DNA from: Pedobacter sp.
GTDB taxonomy: Bacteria; Bacteroidota; Bacteroidia; Sphingobacteriales; Sphingobacteriaceae
DNA: 64,000 nucleotides
NCBI GenBank assembly: GCA_045629525.1
Contig: JAZQRH010000012.1
Span: 24,023-88,022 of the forward strand
Reading direction: 5' to 3'
Shown one piece after another: positions 10,092 to 18,375 of this stretch. Below the pieces are notes generated by a model. The model was not told the origin of the DNA and searched no databases. It saw only the letters and a program-made list of their open reading frames with translations. Position numbers and translations under genes: made by a program. Within the stretch, counting starts at the first letter, position 1, and every line of letters starts with the position of its first letter.

Positions 10092-11054
10092 ATGCAATTT
10101 AAGACTGAGGTAGAAGCTGTTGATGCCCTTCATCAATCATTTAAGAATATACAAGCCGAAATTGGCAAAGTTGTAGTTGGACAAGACGATATTATAAAAT
10201 CAGTGCTCATTGCTATTTTTAGCAATGGGCATTGTTTGCTTGTAGGGGTTCCTGGTTTGGCTAAAACCTTGTTGGTGCAAACAGTTGCCAGCGTTTTAGA
10301 TCTCAATTTCAATCGCGTTCAGTTTACGCCAGATTTAATGCCAAGTGATATTATTGGCGCTGAGATTTTAGGCGAAGACCGTCATTTTAAATTTATTAGA
10401 GGCCCAATATTCTCAAACATTATATTGGCTGATGAGATTAACCGTACGCCGCCAAAAACGCAAGCTGCATTGTTAGAGGCTATGCAAGAAAAGGCGGTTA
10501 CTGCTGCGGGGATTACTCACCTTTTGCCACAACCTTTTTTTGTGTTGGCCACGCAAAACCCGATAGAACAGGAAGGAACGTATCCTTTGCCAGAGGCACA
10601 GTTGGATAGGTTTATGTTTAATATTCAACTTAATTACCCAGCATTTGCTGATGAATTGACGATTGTTAAAAATACCACCAGCAATTACAAAGTTGATTTG
10701 AAAAAGATCATTTCTGGTGATGAAATTCAATACTTTCAAAAGCTTATTAGAAATATTCCCGTAACAGACAATGTGTTGGAATATGCGGTGAAGTTGGCTG
10801 CTAAAACACGCCCGAATACTGCATTAGCAACTCCAGAGATCAATAACTATGTTTCGTGGGGTGCAGGTCCAAGAGCCTCTCAATTTTTAGTGCTAGGTGC
10901 AAAATGTCATGCTGCAATTTCAGGTAAATATGCCCCCGATATTGAGGACGTGCAAGCGGTCGCTGAAGGAATTTTACGCCATAGAATTGTGCGTAACTAT
11001 CGTGCCGAAGCAGAGGGCTTAACCATTGAAAATATTATTAAAAACCTTTTTTAG
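10092..11054 (+). CDS. moxR: MoxR-family AAA+ ATPase
   Basis: GVPGLAKT Walker A, RVQFTPDLMPSDI, LADEINR, ATQNPIEQEGTYPLPEAQLDRF. Confidence 0.93.
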   Translation: MQFKTEVEAVDALHQSFKNIQAEIGKVVVGQDDIIKSVLIAIFSNGHCLLVGVPGLAKTLLVQTVASVLDLNFNRVQFTPDLMPSDIIGAEILGEDRHFKFIRGPIFSNIILADEINRTPPKTQAALLEAMQEKAVTAAGITHLLPQPFFVLATQNPIEQEGTYPLPEAQLDRFMFNIQLNYPAFADELTIVKNTTSNYKVDLKKIISGDEIQYFQKLIRNIPVTDNVLEYAVKLAAKTRPNTALATPEINNYVSWGAGPRASQFLVLGAKCHAAISGKYAPDIEDVQAVAEGILRHRIVRNYRAEAEGLTIENIIKNLF

Positions 11055-11056
11055 AA

Positions 11057-11557
11057 TTATTTGAGCATTTTCTCAAGTTCACCAATTTTCTTCAGTATCA
11101 AAGTTCTGTTTTTGCTCGCGGTCATCCACTTGGGTAGGCGGCTTGCTACGCTCTTGTTAAGGTTTTCTTGTCCATTGCGTTCTCTCAATTTGGCGTTAAT
11201 GTAGTCTTTTAAAAATTGTAGATGCTGTGTATTATATGCCCATAATGTATTTTCCTCCACGTTAATAGTTAGCCATAAGGGTAAATCAAAATAGGGATCG
11301 GTGCCGCCGCCAAGGCTGTAAAATCGAGCCTTAGTATTACTTTGGCTAATAATGGAGCTTGGTGTTTCCGAAAGGAGTTTGCTGTGACCACAATGAGTGC
11401 ACACGAGCTTTACCACAGTTTCCTCTATTTTTCCTTGTAATGATGATTGTGGTTTTACAAAAGCTTTTCTCGTGCAGCTTGGGCATTTTACTAATACATC
11501 AAATTGAATGAAATGATGTAGATGAGTTTGATAGCCCTCCGTGTTTCTTAAGTTCAT
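11057..11557 (-). CDS. Hypothetical zinc-ribbon protein
   Basis: CPSC and CTHC pairs; DPYFDLPLWL..LWAYN..HL..L..YI.AKLRER..SRLPKWM conserved-looking core; ATG at 11557 preferred over TTG at 11590. Confidence 0.7.
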   Translation of the reverse strand: MNLRNTEGYQTHLHHFIQFDVLVKCPSCTRKAFVKPQSSLQGKIEETVVKLVCTHCGHSKLLSETPSSIISQSNTKARFYSLGGGTDPYFDLPLWLTINVEENTLWAYNTQHLQFLKDYINAKLRERNGQENLNKSVASRLPKWMTASKNRTLILKKIGELEKMLK

Positions 11558-11636
11558 TTTGCGTTGGGATTGATACAGTTGTATTAGCAATTTAGTAAAA
11601 TTTTATTACTGATTTAAGCGGATGCCATTGTAATTT

Positions 11637-11700
11637 AAACCCGATAGGATGAATGCCCGCGGCCGCAATTTATTGGGCTGCGGCAGGAAGGAGAGCGGGG
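11637..11700. repeat. GC-rich palindromic REP-like element (copy 1)
   Basis: AAACCCGAT...AGCGGG ends enclosing an internal stem TGCC(C)GCGGCC(G)CAAT/ATTGGGCTGCGGCA; same ends as 36338-36381. Confidence 0.55.
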
Positions 11701-11853
11701 CAGATGTAGCTAGGATTTGATGCTGTTATTTTTCGGAGAAAAAAAGCTGGATTGTACTTTAGAACGGTATTTTTAACGTCATTGTTTAAAACTTCTGCGT
11801 AATAATTTGTTCTCAAATCTTATATTTACGCATCCCAAAATCCCTTTGAGCAC

Positions 11854-14724
11854 ATGAGTGAAGAATTAGACGGTTTTAACGAAACCAACTTGCCAGAAGA
11901 ACACGAAAATAAAAAGGCTGTAATACCTATTAATGGCCTGTACGAAAACTGGTTTCTTGATTATGCATCTTACGTAATTTTGGATAGGGCTGTGCCACAC
12001 ATTAACGATGGTTTTAAGCCTGTGCAGCGCCGCATTATGCACTCGCTAAAAGAAATGGATGATGGACGTTTTAATAAAGCGGCGAACGTTATTGGTAACA
12101 CCATGAAGTACCACCCGCATGGGGATGCCTCGATTGGGGATGCGATGGTGCAAATTGGACAAAAGGATTTATTGATTGATTGCCAAGGAAATTGGGGCGA
12201 CCCAATCACTGGCGATAGTGCTGCTGCACCCCGTTATATTGAGGCTCGCTTGTCGAAATTTGCAAACGAGGTTGTATTTAATGCGGATACCACGGTTTGG
12301 TCGCTAAGTTACGACGGTCGGAACAATGAACCACTAACTTTACCAGTTAAGTTTCCGTTGCTTTTAGCACAGGGAGCAGAAGGTATTGCAGTGGGTTTAG
12401 CAACCAAAATCATGCCCCACAACTTTAATGAGTTGTTAGACGCCTCGATAGAGGTGCTTAGAGGGGTTAGGCCGAATATCTTACCCGATTTCTTTACGGG
12501 AGGCATGGCCGATTTTACCAACTACAACGAAGGGCAGCGTGGTGGTAAAATTAGAGTTCGAGCTAAAATTACTGAGAAGGATAAGAAGACTTTAGTAATT
12601 ACTGAAGTTCCTTTCTCTACCACCACAGGTTCTTTAATTGATAGTATTTTGGCCGCCAATGATAAAGGCAAAATTAAAATCAAGAAAATTGAAGATAATA
12701 CTGCGGCAAATGTAGAAATTGTGGTGCATTTGGCGCCTGGCATTTCACCAGACGTAACCATTGATGCCCTTTATGCATTCACGGCGTGTGAGACTTCAAT
12801 ATCGCCAAATACTTGTATTATTAAGGATGATAAACCTCAGTTTTTAAGTGTTAATGATATTTTAGAGCAAAATACCAAGTTCACTAAATCCTTATTAAAA
12901 CAAGAGTTAGAAATTAGATTACACGAATTGCAAGAACGTATTTTCTTCAGTTCGTTATTAAAAATATTTATTCAACAAGGCATGTATAAAAACCCTGAAT
13001 ACGAAAATTCGGGCGATTTTGATACAGTGGTTACGGTATTGCACCGATTATTTGATCCATTTAAGCCTTTACTTTATCGAGAAATATTACCGGAAGATTT
13101 TAAGAAACTTATTGATAAGCCCATGAGTAGCATCACTCGTTTTGATGTGAAAAAAGCTGACGATCAGATGAAAGCATTGGAAGATGAGATTAAGGTGGTT
13201 AAAAATCACCTTCGTCATCTTACGGATTATACCATTGCTTGGTTTCAAAAAATTAAAGATAAATACGGAAAAGGTAGAGAGCGTAAAACGGAAATTAGGG
13301 TTTTTGATAAGGTAGAAGCTGCAAAAGTGGCTTTGGCTAACGTTAAACTCTATATGAACCGTGAAGATGGTTTTGTAGGTACTGCACTGCGTAAAGATGA
13401 ATTTGTTTGTGATTGCTCTGATATTGATGAAATTATTGTCTTTAGAGAAGACGGTAAGTTTATTGTAACCAAAGTTACCGACAAGATTTTTGTGGGCAAG
13501 CATATTATACATGCGCAAGTTTTCAAAAAGGGGGATGACCGTACCGTATACAACATGATTTATAAGGATGGAGCGAGCGGTATAAGTTACATCAAACGCT
13601 TCTCTGTTTTAGGCGTAACCCGAGATAAGGAATACGATTTAACGAAGGGTACAAAAGGCTCTAAGGTGTTGTATTTTACAGCAAATCCTAATGGAGAAGC
13701 CGAAATTATTACAGTACAATTGAAGCCGCATTCTAAGTTAAAAAAACTCGCCATAGATATCGACTTTGCAAATGTAGCCATTAAAGGCAGAGCATCCATG
13801 GGTAATATTGTGGTGAAGTTCCCGATTAAGAAAGTGCTTTTAAAAAGTAAGGGTGTTTCTACGCTTGCGGGGATCAAAATTTGGTACGACGATATTTTGA
13901 AACGCTTAAATGTTGATGGTAGAGGCAAGTATTTGGGAGAATTTGATGGCGACGATAAGATACTACAAGTGTATGCTAACGGAACTTATGAGCTCAGTAC
14001 TTTTGAACTCAATAATCACTTTGATGACGGCATTGTATTAATTCAAAAATTCAATCCAGAGCACGTATATGGTGTCGTGCACTACGATGGTAAGGCTAAA
14101 AATTACTTTGTAAAACGATTTATTTTTGAAACACAACCAATTGGCAAAGTTGTGAGCTTTATTAGTGAGGAAAATGGTTCTCGGATGATTTTTATTACTG
14201 GCAAGGCTGATGCACAGGTAAATGTAGATGTAGAGAAAGGCAAGTCGAAAACTCCTGAAACTTTGGAGCTAGACTTAGCAAGTTTGATTGATGTTAAGGG
14301 TTGGAAAGCCAATGGAAATCGCCTAACGGCACACGTAGTGAAAAAAGTAACTTTGCTTGATGCCGAACTAGAGATTGGCATACCTGAGCTTGTTGATTTA
14401 GACGAAACGGATGTTAATCAGGGAGGTGTTGATAATGATGCTGTGAATGAGATGGTAGTAGCTACGAGTATTGAAAGCGAATTTTCTGAAGATGTTGTGG
14501 AGGCGTCCGAAAGCAAAGAGGAGTTCGTTAAAGCTAAGCCTTCTTTTAAAACTACTGCAAAGCCCGCATCACCCGTAGCTTCTGATGCAGAAAAAATGGT
14601 CCCTAATAAGGAAGAAGCAAAGGGGGGCATAGAGCCCGCTGTTCAGAAAAAGAAAATATCATTTGAGATCACTAACCCCGGAGATATCAAGATAGATGAC
14701 AAAGGGCAGGGAAAGTTGTTTTAA
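11854..14724 (+). CDS. parC: DNA topoisomerase IV subunit A (GyrA/ParC family) with acidic C-terminal tail
   Basis: YASYVILDRAVP..DGFKPVQRR, KYHPHGD, AAAPRYIE (catalytic Tyr); Bacteroidota ParC-type N-terminus; no GyrA box seen. Confidence 0.88.
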   Translation: MSEELDGFNETNLPEEHENKKAVIPINGLYENWFLDYASYVILDRAVPHINDGFKPVQRRIMHSLKEMDDGRFNKAANVIGNTMKYHPHGDASIGDAMVQIGQKDLLIDCQGNWGDPITGDSAAAPRYIEARLSKFANEVVFNADTTVWSLSYDGRNNEPLTLPVKFPLLLAQGAEGIAVGLATKIMPHNFNELLDASIEVLRGVRPNILPDFFTGGMADFTNYNEGQRGGKIRVRAKITEKDKKTLVITEVPFSTTTGSLIDSILAANDKGKIKIKKIEDNTAANVEIVVHLAPGISPDVTIDALYAFTACETSISPNTCIIKDDKPQFLSVNDILEQNTKFTKSLLKQELEIRLHELQERIFFSSLLKIFIQQGMYKNPEYENSGDFDTVVTVLHRLFDPFKPLLYREILPEDFKKLIDKPMSSITRFDVKKADDQMKALEDEIKVVKNHLRHLTDYTIAWFQKIKDKYGKGRERKTEIRVFDKVEAAKVALANVKLYMNREDGFVGTALRKDEFVCDCSDIDEIIVFREDGKFIVTKVTDKIFVGKHIIHAQVFKKGDDRTVYNMIYKDGASGISYIKRFSVLGVTRDKEYDLTKGTKGSKVLYFTANPNGEAEIITVQLKPHSKLKKLAIDIDFANVAIKGRASMGNIVVKFPIKKVLLKSKGVSTLAGIKIWYDDILKRLNVDGRGKYLGEFDGDDKILQVYANGTYELSTFELNNHFDDGIVLIQKFNPEHVYGVVHYDGKAKNYFVKRFIFETQPIGKVVSFISEENGSRMIFITGKADAQVNVDVEKGKSKTPETLELDLASLIDVKGWKANGNRLTAHVVKKVTLLDAELEIGIPELVDLDETDVNQGGVDNDAVNEMVVATSIESEFSEDVVEASESKEEFVKAKPSFKTTAKPASPVASDAEKMVPNKEEAKGGIEPAVQKKKISFEITNPGDIKIDDKGQGKLF

Positions 14725-14729
14725 ATAGA

Positions 14730-14762
14730 AAATATGGAATACCATTTACGTATTCCATATTT
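14730..14762. terminator. Terminator hairpin between convergent parC and Trx-TPR gene
   Basis: AAATATGGAATAC-catttac-GTATTCCATATTT, 13-bp stem. Confidence 0.7.
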
Positions 14763-14846
14763 GTTATACTACATTGTTTACATGACATTATTAGGCAACC
14801 ACTGTTGCCAATGCTTATAGTAGGTGCAGTTGTTATCGTTATTTGA

Positions 14847-16304
14847 CTATAAGGTTTTGTTCTTCATTTTCTCTAGGTCTTTTTGCATATCCTCGTGCGG
14901 TGTTTTTTGAATTTTCGCTTTAGCTATCGCGTCTTTTTGTGTCTTAATGGCTTCCGTTTCGTATCCTAATCTATAAAGAAGATGGGCCAATGTATCGTAA
15001 TAAGCCGCTTTGGCACTCAGTTCAATGGATCGTCTGCTCCACAGTAAGGCCTTAGTTAAATAATTTACATTCGTAGTTCCTGTTTGATAAAACCCCCAAG
15101 CTGCGCTATTTAAAGTATTTGCATAGGCGTTATATTCGTAGCTATCTACTACAGCGTAGGTTTTTGTTTGGCTCACAGCTTCGGGATGTTGCTTTTTTAA
15201 CTGCTCCAATTCTGCATGGCTAACGTTTTTCTTTATATTCCCTTGGGTTTGATGTTTTTTTCGAATCTCATCGAACTGCGATTTTGTAACTACTTGAATG
15301 TTTCTATCTTCTTTATCGAATTTCTGTTCAGCAGACTCAATCCTTTGTTTTTCACTATACTTCTTTGTAGCCTCAGCATTTAGGGTCATATAATACCTGT
15401 CATAGTAGGGCACTGCTAGTTTAAGGTAACAAGATGTATCACCAACAGCCTTATAGTAGTTTATCATCTTGTTACTGTAGGCCCACTCACCATTTCTTGT
15501 ATCTTTACCATATACCGCCCTAGCGAAATAAGCTGCAAAGTATGCTTGTTTCGAATCTTTATATTTGATAGCATTTTTTAAAGTGTTTTCTATAATCTCT
15601 TGATTTATTGCAATCCTATCTTTTAAAGGCTCGTTATTATAAATACTATCGTAAATCTTTTTACTGTTCATCGCTAATTTATGCGCTTTACTATAAGCAT
15701 AGGGCGCACCTTTCAATATGTACAGTATAGTCTGATAATCGTTAAAATCTGCTGGCTCTAAATTTTTGGCAAATTCCTCTATTAATTCCGCATTGTCGGT
15801 TATGCCTTTCGCTTTTCGCGCTTCAATGTACCGCTTAAGTTTTTGGTTATTTAATTTATCCGATAGGTAACTATTTTCAAGATCATAAATACTCGAATCC
15901 TTGCTCTTAGATAAAGCTTGATCAATCATTCTAAAATATTTTTCTTTGAAAGTACTCGCTCCGCTTTCTGAATAAAACACCTCTTTAGTGGAGTGCATGA
16001 ATACAAATGCTGGAAGGTTCCGAATTTTATATAAGGATAGTATCGGTGCAATTGTTTTATCCGCTATAGTGGTCTCAAACACTAAAAACTCAGATTTAAA
16101 TTTTTTGATAACGTCGTTCTCCTGATGTGCGGATTTAATGTTGTGTTTGTGCTCTGCCGGAGGATAAACGATAACCAAGATTGGTTTTTTCTCTACTTCG
16201 GATTTTTTGATAGCACTTTCGAGTGAGGGGAACTCGGAAAGCTTCTGAGCTTTCAACTGGTGAAAGCAAACGATAAGCAGCATTGTAATTAATCGAGTTT
16301 TCAT
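14847..16304 (-). CDS. Secreted protein with thioredoxin-like N-domain (no CxxC) and C-terminal TPR
   Basis: Signal peptide; SLESAIKKSEVEKKPILV.. and PAFVFM Trx_7-like segment; LNSAAW.FY..KAL.WS.RSI..YYDTLAHLLYRLG..EA...Q TPR. Confidence 0.65.
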   Translation of the reverse strand: MKTRLITMLLIVCFHQLKAQKLSEFPSLESAIKKSEVEKKPILVIVYPPAEHKHNIKSAHQENDVIKKFKSEFLVFETTIADKTIAPILSLYKIRNLPAFVFMHSTKEVFYSESGASTFKEKYFRMIDQALSKSKDSSIYDLENSYLSDKLNNQKLKRYIEARKAKGITDNAELIEEFAKNLEPADFNDYQTILYILKGAPYAYSKAHKLAMNSKKIYDSIYNNEPLKDRIAINQEIIENTLKNAIKYKDSKQAYFAAYFARAVYGKDTRNGEWAYSNKMINYYKAVGDTSCYLKLAVPYYDRYYMTLNAEATKKYSEKQRIESAEQKFDKEDRNIQVVTKSQFDEIRKKHQTQGNIKKNVSHAELEQLKKQHPEAVSQTKTYAVVDSYEYNAYANTLNSAAWGFYQTGTTNVNYLTKALLWSRRSIELSAKAAYYDTLAHLLYRLGYETEAIKTQKDAIAKAKIQKTPHEDMQKDLEKMKNKTL

Positions 16305-16393
16305 AGTAGGTTTATTTAATGGAATAATGATGATCTAATTTAACAAAAAAAAGATGTCTACGCTTATTTCTGCAATACTCATTCACTTTATGT

Positions 16394-16401
16394 TATATTT
16401 G
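16394..16401 (+). promoter_or_regulatory. -7 promoter element driving the TPP riboswitch leader
   Basis: TATATTTG ending 6 nt upstream of the aptamer 5' end. Confidence 0.7.
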
Positions 16402-16407
16402 CACTAC

Positions 16408-16557
16408 TCAAAGGGGTGCTTACATTCTTATTGTAGGCTGAGATTACACCCAGTTTTTGAGTTAATAGTGAAATTTGAGTCTCCTGCGAATCGATTTGAA
16501 TTTTCACTTTTAACTTTAAAACGCACCTGATGCGGATAATACCGACGTAGGGAAGAG
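16408..16557 (+). promoter_or_regulatory. TPP (thiamine pyrophosphate) riboswitch aptamer with ~70-nt inserted helix
   Basis: GGGGTGC-P3(cttaca/tgtagg)-CTGAGA-ttac-ACCC ... ACCTGAT-gcgg-ATAAT-accg-ACGTAGGGA; all canonical TPP signature blocks are present. Confidence 0.93.
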
Positions 16558-16569
16558 GTTACCGATATG

Positions 16570-16602
16570 GCTGTTTCGCCCTGAAAGCAGTTTTCACTTT
16601 TT
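16570..16602 (+). terminator. Riboswitch expression-platform terminator
   Basis: GCTGTTTC-gccct-GAAAGCAG followed by TTTTCACTTTTT; the 5' arm could alternatively pair with AGGGAAGAG (16549-16557) as an antiterminator. Confidence 0.6.
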
Positions 16603-16631
16603 AACATCCCTTTGGGAATAATGAATTGAGA

Positions 16632-17261
16632 ATGGAAATTCAGGAAATACTGCGCATTTTTATGGAGCAGGTTAGATCTACGGGTTATTTAGAGTGGTTT
16701 GCAGTCAGCTTCGGCGTAGCAGAGGTGTTGTTAGCGAGACGTAATAATATTTTGCTCTATCCGGCTGGTATTGTGAGTATTGTTTTGGCTTTATACCTAA
16801 AGCTCACCTCAAAACTATATGCGGAAAGCTTACTTAGCATGTATTATTTGATAATGAGCGTTTACGGGTGGATGATTTGGTCTCAGCGAAAAAGAAACAA
16901 ACAAGCAGCATTACCTGTCAGTTGGACCACAAAAAGTGAACTTCAAATTGCGCTAACTATTTCCATCGGCGGATATTTTGTATTGTATGGCTTTTTGGTG
17001 CAGTTTACAAATTCAGATGTTCCGATCCTAGACGCTTTTGTATCGTCTACCGCTTGGGCTGGAATGTGGCTGTTGGCCCGCCGAAAAATCGAAAATTGGA
17101 TATTTCTGAACGTTTCTAATATTGTAGCCATCCCACTAATGTGGCATAAAGATTTTGTCATGTTTGCCTTCCTTACCATGTTCTTTTTTGTCGTTGCTAT
17201 TTTTGGTTATATCGATTGGAAGAAAATTTACAAATCACAACAACTTAACCCACTTAATTAA
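16632..17261 (+). CDS. pnuC: PnuC-family vitamin transporter, probably thiamine-specific (PnuT)
   Basis: Multi-TM protein with LEWFAV.FG....LLARR.NI..YP.GI, YGW.IW, DAF.S..A..GMWLLARRKIENW and FGYIDW; directly downstream of the TPP riboswitch. Confidence 0.88.
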   Translation: MEIQEILRIFMEQVRSTGYLEWFAVSFGVAEVLLARRNNILLYPAGIVSIVLALYLKLTSKLYAESLLSMYYLIMSVYGWMIWSQRKRNKQAALPVSWTTKSELQIALTISIGGYFVLYGFLVQFTNSDVPILDAFVSSTAWAGMWLLARRKIENWIFLNVSNIVAIPLMWHKDFVMFAFLTMFFFVVAIFGYIDWKKIYKSQQLNPLN

Positions 17262-18340
17262 TGAATACCCAAACAACTTGGCAACAGCGCATCTCTTCAT
17301 TAGCGGCTTCATCTGAGGAATTGGGCACTTTGCATCCCGACGTTTTGGAAATTGCTTATCAAGAGAATTGGTTTAAGCTATACGTTCCTGTCGCTTATGG
17401 TGGTCCAGGAAAAAAACTTCCAGAAATTTTAAGGATCGAAGAAGCGTTAGCCTATATTGATGGCAGTACTGCATGGACCGTCACTCTCTGTAGTGGTGCT
17501 GCATGGTTTGCCGGCTTTTTAGACCCTGCTCTTGTAACCGAAATATTTGTAGAGCGAGAGGTTTGTTTCGCAGGTAGTGGGTCCGTTGGAGGAACTGCTC
17601 AGCAAGTTGGCGAAGGTTACTTAATTAACGGTCACTGGAAGTATGCAAGTGGAGCGTTGCATGCAACCATCTTTACAGCTAACTGCATATTACAAAATGC
17701 ACAAGGGAAGGATTTTTTGGATGATGAAGGAAAACCTGTAGTGAAATCATTTATCCTAAAAAAGGACGAAGTAAATATTTTGCCAGGTTGGTCTTATTTT
17801 GGTTTGGTCGCTACAGGAAGTCACGCTTTCGAAGTTGAGAATTTGCTGGTACCCCAAAACCGCTCGTTCGAGATTAATTCTACGCCTAAAGTTGCTGATG
17901 AAGGTTTCGATTATCCTTTCTTGCAATTAGCAGAAACCACTTTGGCTGTAAACAGCTTAGGTATGGGCCAACGTTTCCTAGATTTAGTTCATAGCGCTTT
18001 TTACAGTCGATCTGGATTGCGACGATATAATGAAAACCAAACCGCTTTTTTCGAGTCAGAGTTTTTAAAGTGTAAGTCTGGTTTAATAACAGCAAAAGAT
18101 AATTTTTACCGTGCTTTTGATAATTCTTGGCAACAATTGCTGGAGAATGGTAGCATAAACGATGATCAATTACGGTTAGTAAGTAAAGCAAGTAGAGAAC
18201 TGGCGCATCAATCAAGAATTTCGGTTGATACCATGTATCCGTATGCTGGATTGGAGGCTGCAAAGAAAGAAACAGAACTTAATCGGGTTTGGCGAGACAT
18301 CCACACGGCGAGCCAGCACGCATTGTTAACTTTTAAGTAA
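17261..18340 (+). CDS. Acyl-CoA-dehydrogenase-fold flavin-dependent monooxygenase (HsaA/IacA-like, group D)
   Basis: LYVP..YGG, DGSTAW, GY.ING.WKYASG..HA, W...GL.ATGSH, and C-terminal RVWRDIHTASQH; TAATG overlap with pnuC. Confidence 0.85.
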   Translation: MNTQTTWQQRISSLAASSEELGTLHPDVLEIAYQENWFKLYVPVAYGGPGKKLPEILRIEEALAYIDGSTAWTVTLCSGAAWFAGFLDPALVTEIFVEREVCFAGSGSVGGTAQQVGEGYLINGHWKYASGALHATIFTANCILQNAQGKDFLDDEGKPVVKSFILKKDEVNILPGWSYFGLVATGSHAFEVENLLVPQNRSFEINSTPKVADEGFDYPFLQLAETTLAVNSLGMGQRFLDLVHSAFYSRSGLRRYNENQTAFFESEFLKCKSGLITAKDNFYRAFDNSWQQLLENGSINDDQLRLVSKASRELAHQSRISVDTMYPYAGLEAAKKETELNRVWRDIHTASQHALLTFK

Positions 18341-18375
18341 AAAAAAAGCCCTAATTTCTTAGGGCTTTTTTTTTT
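18339..18375. terminator. Bidirectional intrinsic terminator
   Basis: A9-GCCCTA-atttct-TAGGGC-T10 between convergent genes. Confidence 0.85.

Noticed and set aside
11970-14630. Series of minus-strand ORFs of 68-143 aa
   Set aside because: All lie within parC on the opposite strand and show no independent coding signal.
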